DNA of 64,000 bases from Promethearchaeota archaeon (GTDB taxonomy: Archaea; Asgardarchaeota; Lokiarchaeia; Sigyniarchaeales; SOKP01). How positions within the stretch are numbered: the first letter of the stretch is position 1; each line of letters begins with the position of its first letter. The translations under genes and the position numbers were made by a program. Below are positions 59,823-64,000 of the stretch, in pieces. The DNA is taken from positions 430,449 to 494,448 of the forward strand of contig JBHLOY010000001.1 of assembly GCA_048939995.1 (NCBI GenBank). Direction: 5' to 3'. The notes under the pieces are model-generated. The model searched no databases and was not told the origin of the DNA. It saw nothing but the letters and a program-made list of their open reading frames with translations.

Positions 59823-60458
59823 TTAGGGGTGAATTTCATTTTTCAATGATTCCATTAAACTGTGGAAATAATTCGCTTCTTTGGTTTTATACAATTGATA
59901 CCATGCTTCCAACGTTTCCGGCTTCATTACGCCGGTTTTTTTAAATATTTCATTTGCGAATTCAAGCGGTGCAAGGCCCGTAGCTGTTATCAAGTTACCA
60001 TCGATAACAGCGGGTTGATTTAAGTAGAACTCCTCTCCGGTATATTTTGGGCAAGTCATATTCATAAATTCTTTGTCGATGCTGGTGTGGTTTCTCTTAT
60101 TCAATAGCCCCTTGTTTGCCAGAGCAATTGTAGCTCCGCAAATTGCGGCAATTATCACATTCTTGTTTATTAAATCAGAAACGATATCCAATATTTTATT
60201 ATTACTCTCTTCCAACCAAGTGTCTGCTCCTGGTAAAATTAGTAAATCACCTTCTTTAAAGGTGATATCATCAACACTCTCATCAGGAGTAATAATAATT
60301 CCTCCCATTGTTTTTATGGGCTCTTTTGTGTTTCCAATTTTAATTAACTGTATAGGCGGTTTTGTTTTATCTAAATATCTACCGCTATTCAATTCAGCAG
60401 TGATATAACCAATTTCCCAATCTGCCAATGTGTTTAGTATATATAAATATGCGTTCAT
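59823..60458 (-). CDS. DJ-1/PfpI family protein (Bacillus YoaZ/YdeA-like)
   Basis: LADWEIGY, TMGG, ILPGADTW, AAICGAT, LITATG. Confidence 0.9.
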   Translation of the reverse strand: MNAYLYILNTLADWEIGYITAELNSGRYLDKTKPPIQLIKIGNTKEPIKTMGGIIITPDESVDDITFKEGDLLILPGADTWLEESNNKILDIVSDLINKNVIIAAICGATIALANKGLLNKRNHTSIDKEFMNMTCPKYTGEEFYLNQPAVIDGNLITATGLAPLEFANEIFKKTGVMKPETLEAWYQLYKTKEANYFHSLMESLKNEIHP

Positions 60459-60542
60459 AAAATCTCCTATAGGTTTATGTTTATAAATTTATCGTTTTCT
60501 GTAGTGAAGCGAAGGAAAACACAAGATTATCCCCCTCCATAA

Positions 60543-60728
60543 ATAAACAAAATTCTTTTTTATCTATCGGAACAAGTTAAAAAAAGCATAGCAATTAATC
60601 TTGAGAAGAAAATAGAAAAGGATTTAAGCAATTGGGCTGATAAATACCCTAAGTTAATCCCTAAATTACCAAATTATGCTAAATATATATTACCAAAGCA
60701 GATGAGAATTTATAAATACTTAAACTAA
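60543..60728 (+). pseudogene. Startless gene fragment
   Basis: Open frame INKILFYLSEQVKKSIAINLEKKIEKDLSNWADKYPKLIPKLPNYAKYILPKQMRIYKYLN* with no start codon. Confidence 0.35.
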
Positions 60729-60752
60729 AAAAAATAGAAAAAAAAAACTTGA

Positions 60753-62021
60753 TTAGGTGCCTTCTTCGTAGCCATGGATGTAGTTATATTGTTCCTCGGT
60801 TAGTTTATCTATCTCAACGCCCATTGACTGAAGCTTTAGAAAGCCTACTCTATTGTCAATCTCGACAGGTACATCAACCATACCTGGTTTTAATGAGCCT
60901 CTGTTTTTGACGATATATTCAGACATTAAGGATTGAAGACCGAACGACATATCCATTACTTCAGCAGGATGCCCTTCGGAGAGCACTAAATTAGCTAATC
61001 TTCCCTTAGCAAGTAAATAAATTCTTTTATCATCAGGAAAAGTGATTTCTTCGACGTTACTTCTTATTGGCTTGATTTCTTTAGCGTATTCATAAATTTC
61101 CTTAGTTGGAATCTCAATGTCAAAATGTCCTAGATTACCTAAAATGACTCCATCTTTAAGAGCATCGAAGTTTTCTTTTGTAGGTAATATCACATGTTTG
61201 CATCCCGTCGCAGTTAAAATGATATCTGCGATGGGTAAAGCCTCTGAAATAGGCATAACTTGGTATCCTGCAAATTTAGCTTGGAGTGCTTTAATCGGAT
61301 CAATCTCAGTAACGATTACATTTGCACCCAAACCACGTGCTCTCAATGCCATCCCGCTACTGCAATGACCGAATCCTGCCACGATAACATTCTTACCAGC
61401 AAATAAAACGTGCATTCCATAAATTGCGGCTACGATGCCTTGCCCAGTTCCTAATTCATTGTCAAACTGATTTTTGCATCTCGCGTCGTTTACTGGGAAG
61501 AGTGGTACTTTTAAGTCCCCCCCTTTGTCCATTGCTCTAAATCGCTTAACTCCAGTTGTAGTTTCTTCTTGACAGCCAATAATAATCCCTTCAGTGATCA
61601 ACTCGGGAAATTCTTTATGTGCGGTTACTATCATATCTGCTCCATCATCAATCAAAATATTAGGTTTAGCACCTAAACATTGTCGAATGCACCAATAGAA
61701 TTCCTCATCAGTATTTCCGTGCCAAGCAAATACGTTTATACCTTCTTTTACCAATGCAGCTGCTACATCATCCTGAGTTGATAAGGGATTACTACCGCAT
61801 AGATAAACTTCAGCGCCTCCTGCTTTAAGAGTCCTTGCTAAATTTCCAGTTTCTTTAGTTATGTGTAAACATCCTGCAATTATTATACCTTCCAAGGGTT
61901 TTTCCTTTTGAAACCTTTCACGAATTACCTTAGCAGTGATAGGCATTTTACTTTCTGCTATATATAGTGCTTCCATCCCTTGATCAGCTAAATTTTCATC
62001 TGCAACTTTATAATTTACCAT
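60753..62021 (-). CDS. ahcY: Adenosylhomocysteinase
   Basis: CLHITKET, SNPLSTQDD, DDGAD, EETTTG, FDNELGTGQ, GHFD, GRLANL, GHPAEVMDMSF. Confidence 0.95.
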   Translation of the reverse strand: MVNYKVADENLADQGMEALYIAESKMPITAKVIRERFQKEKPLEGIIIAGCLHITKETGNLARTLKAGGAEVYLCGSNPLSTQDDVAAALVKEGINVFAWHGNTDEEFYWCIRQCLGAKPNILIDDGADMIVTAHKEFPELITEGIIIGCQEETTTGVKRFRAMDKGGDLKVPLFPVNDARCKNQFDNELGTGQGIVAAIYGMHVLFAGKNVIVAGFGHCSSGMALRARGLGANVIVTEIDPIKALQAKFAGYQVMPISEALPIADIILTATGCKHVILPTKENFDALKDGVILGNLGHFDIEIPTKEIYEYAKEIKPIRSNVEEITFPDDKRIYLLAKGRLANLVLSEGHPAEVMDMSFGLQSLMSEYIVKNRGSLKPGMVDVPVEIDNRVGFLKLQSMGVEIDKLTEEQYNYIHGYEEGT

Positions 62022-62158
62022 TTTAGTCACTTAAATATATGTATGAATATTAATTTTAATTAATTAATAAACCTTTTTTTGGTTGAGTGCAAATATTTTT
62101 ATAAATAAGTTTACATTTAATTAATAATAATCACATAATTTTGTAATATTGTAATTAT

Positions 62159-63442
62159 ATGAGTATAGATAAAAAACTAAAAGAAATCCAAAAATTTATA
62201 AAAAATTTAAATGGAAAGACCAAGTTCATTGTATCACAAAATTCACATGCGTTAGGACTATCTAGACAGACTTATCAAAACAAACTTGATAGTTTGAGAG
62301 AGCAGAAAATAATTACTAATTTCACAATAAACATTAATCCAGATATTCATCCCAACAACTTGAAGTATGTAATGCTTGAAATTAAAACTAACCCAAAAGA
62401 ACCTGAGCTGGTTAAGGAACTATTAGAAATACCCCAGTTAAGAATGTTGGATGGAATAATTGGAGATTTCTCCTTATTCTCCTTGTTTATCTTTAAATCC
62501 CCTGAAGAATATTTTCAGATATTAAATAAAATAGATAATATAATGGCAAAATCATACTTTAAAAAATATAAAATAATTGAAACTATAAAGGTATATAAGA
62601 CAAATGGAATTAGCTTAAGAAAATCTAAAGTGTCTTATGAAGAAGAACTCGTGGAAAAATTAAATCATAAGTTTCAAAATCAAGATGTTGATGAAAATGA
62701 TAAGGTAATTGTTAAGATGTCAGAAAAAGTTGATTTAAATGAAATTGCTAAAAAAATGCAGAATATTGAGTACGATCCTAAGAGATTTCCGGGCCTTATT
62801 ATAAAGATAGTAAATAGTAGTATTAAAGTTATACTTTTCTCAAATGGGAAAATAATTATCACTGGTTTAAAGAATGCCGCAAATGTAACTCAAATAATCA
62901 ATAAAATAATTGAAAGCATAAAAAAAACTGGAATAAGTTTAGATAAGAAAAATTTTGACTTAAATTATGAGATTGATGATATTGATTATACAATTTTAAC
63001 CATTTTGCGAGATAATCAAGGTCCTAAACCAATATCCACCTATGAAATAAGTAGATTTTTTAAAGATCGATACAAAACAGAAATTTCTCAATCAACTATT
63101 CATAATAGAGTGAAAAAATTAGAAAAAAAAGGAGTTATTTTAAATTATGCAATAAATTTTTGTCCAAAAAAAATCGGTTTTGAAGGAAAATATCTCCTTC
63201 GAATAAAACCAAAAGATCCATCAAAATATAATGAACTCGCCCTCAAACTAGATATGAATAAATATATTACTGATTTATTTAGAATAGGTGAGCAATTTGG
63301 TTTATTTGCTATTGTCAGAGTAGAAAAAATTGAAGAATATGCGAGGTTTATTAAGGATTTATACACGTCAGAAGAAATTGAAGATACCTTTACAAATTTT
63401 GTTTTAGACGAATTAATTACCTGTAATAATTTTGTGTTATAG
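62159..63442 (+). CDS. Tandem Lrp/AsnC regulator with an inserted TBP-like repeat
   Basis: Two HTH+RAM units (LGLSRQTYQNKLDSL; ISQSTIHNRVKKLEKKGVI) flank EYDPKRFPGLIIKI...LFSNGKIIITG. Confidence 0.85.
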   Translation: MSIDKKLKEIQKFIKNLNGKTKFIVSQNSHALGLSRQTYQNKLDSLREQKIITNFTININPDIHPNNLKYVMLEIKTNPKEPELVKELLEIPQLRMLDGIIGDFSLFSLFIFKSPEEYFQILNKIDNIMAKSYFKKYKIIETIKVYKTNGISLRKSKVSYEEELVEKLNHKFQNQDVDENDKVIVKMSEKVDLNEIAKKMQNIEYDPKRFPGLIIKIVNSSIKVILFSNGKIIITGLKNAANVTQIINKIIESIKKTGISLDKKNFDLNYEIDDIDYTILTILRDNQGPKPISTYEISRFFKDRYKTEISQSTIHNRVKKLEKKGVILNYAINFCPKKIGFEGKYLLRIKPKDPSKYNELALKLDMNKYITDLFRIGEQFGLFAIVRVEKIEEYARFIKDLYTSEEIEDTFTNFVLDELITCNNFVL

Positions 63443-63517
63443 AGAATAATCCTAATCCCAAGGATTGAAAAAAATATTAATTTAATTACTTTAGAATCAT
63501 TTCTTTATTTGTAGACA

Positions 63518-64000
63518 ATGACTCATTTTTATGAGATATTAAATAAAAAGATCGGTTACTCTAGAATAGGTAGAATTATTTTATCGAAGGATTCTAAGAA
63601 GTATGTAAAGACACCTAATGTTATAATTCCTATGCGAAACTTTTTGATGAAAAATGTAAATTACTTAGATGAATTTGAGGATCATGAAGTCTTTATAATA
63701 TCAAAAGAAGTTTTTCTAAAAATTGGTTTTTTTAGAGAAAAATTTAGAAATACTGCTTTTATTTTCACTCACATGGGTACATTAGATACATTTATAGAGA
63801 TTATTGAAAAAAATATTAATGCCTTCTCTAAAGACAATATTATACTGTTAATTCCATTTAATATCCCTACAAGTAGTATTAGCGAAACCTTTACAAGACA
63901 TGAGATTGAACACTATCTTGAATCTGTACGCAATCTTTTACAGAAGTATCAAGAACTCAATTTTGGGTTGTCCATTAAAATTTTTGAATCGCCAGCATTA
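63518..64000 (+). CDS. tRNA-guanine transglycosylase/archaeosine synthase-like protein (partial)
   Basis: MTHFYEILNKKIGYSRIGRII...VKTPNVIIP resembles the TGT/ArcS N-terminus; runs off the window. Confidence 0.55.
   Translation, partial: MTHFYEILNKKIGYSRIGRIILSKDSKKYVKTPNVIIPMRNFLMKNVNYLDEFEDHEVFIISKEVFLKIGFFREKFRNTAFIFTHMGTLDTFIEIIEKNINAFSKDNIILLIPFNIPTSSISETFTRHEIEHYLESVRNLLQKYQELNFGLSIKIFESPAL

Noticed and set aside
361-63366. Short antisense or overlapping ORFs in the track (e.g. 361-543, 497-910, 4919-5209, 38302-38796, 48743-48955, 56524-56730)
   Set aside because: Shadows of well-supported genes on the opposite strand or in another frame.
1-64000. CRISPR arrays, IS elements, integrases, rRNA
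   Set aside because: No repeat-spacer periodicity, transposase/integrase motifs or long GC-rich structural RNA seen.

Overview
AT-rich archaeal chromosome segment, most likely an Asgard archaeon of the Lokiarchaeia type. This is inferred from roadblock and longin-like proteins, an atypical small GTPase, a Loki-type C-terminal Cys-finger and archaeal information-processing genes. Contents: an SMC-kleisin-KITE operon with SMC5/6-like motifs, preceded by a degenerate AAA+ protein; assorted metabolic genes, including Thermotoga-type inositol catabolism iolM/N/O, three SCP2 proteins and an ERG2/sigma-1-like protein; four tRNAs (Asp, Arg, Phe, Gly) carrying six short introns, all at non-canonical positions; and the conserved rps19e-rpl39e-rpl31e-eIF6-LX-prefoldin-ftsY-secE cluster, followed by dnaG, an ArsA/GET3 ATPase and ahcY. 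The strongest finding is a 34-nt tRNA-type (bulge-helix-bulge) intron interrupting the protein-coding gene dnaG: excising it at the predicted endonuclease cut sites exactly restores the conserved GAIFGQ|TEGLL motif. Other notable items are a tandem Lrp/AsnC regulator containing an inserted TBP repeat and probable ATT/ATA start codons. All calls come from reading motifs by eye; no searches were run.
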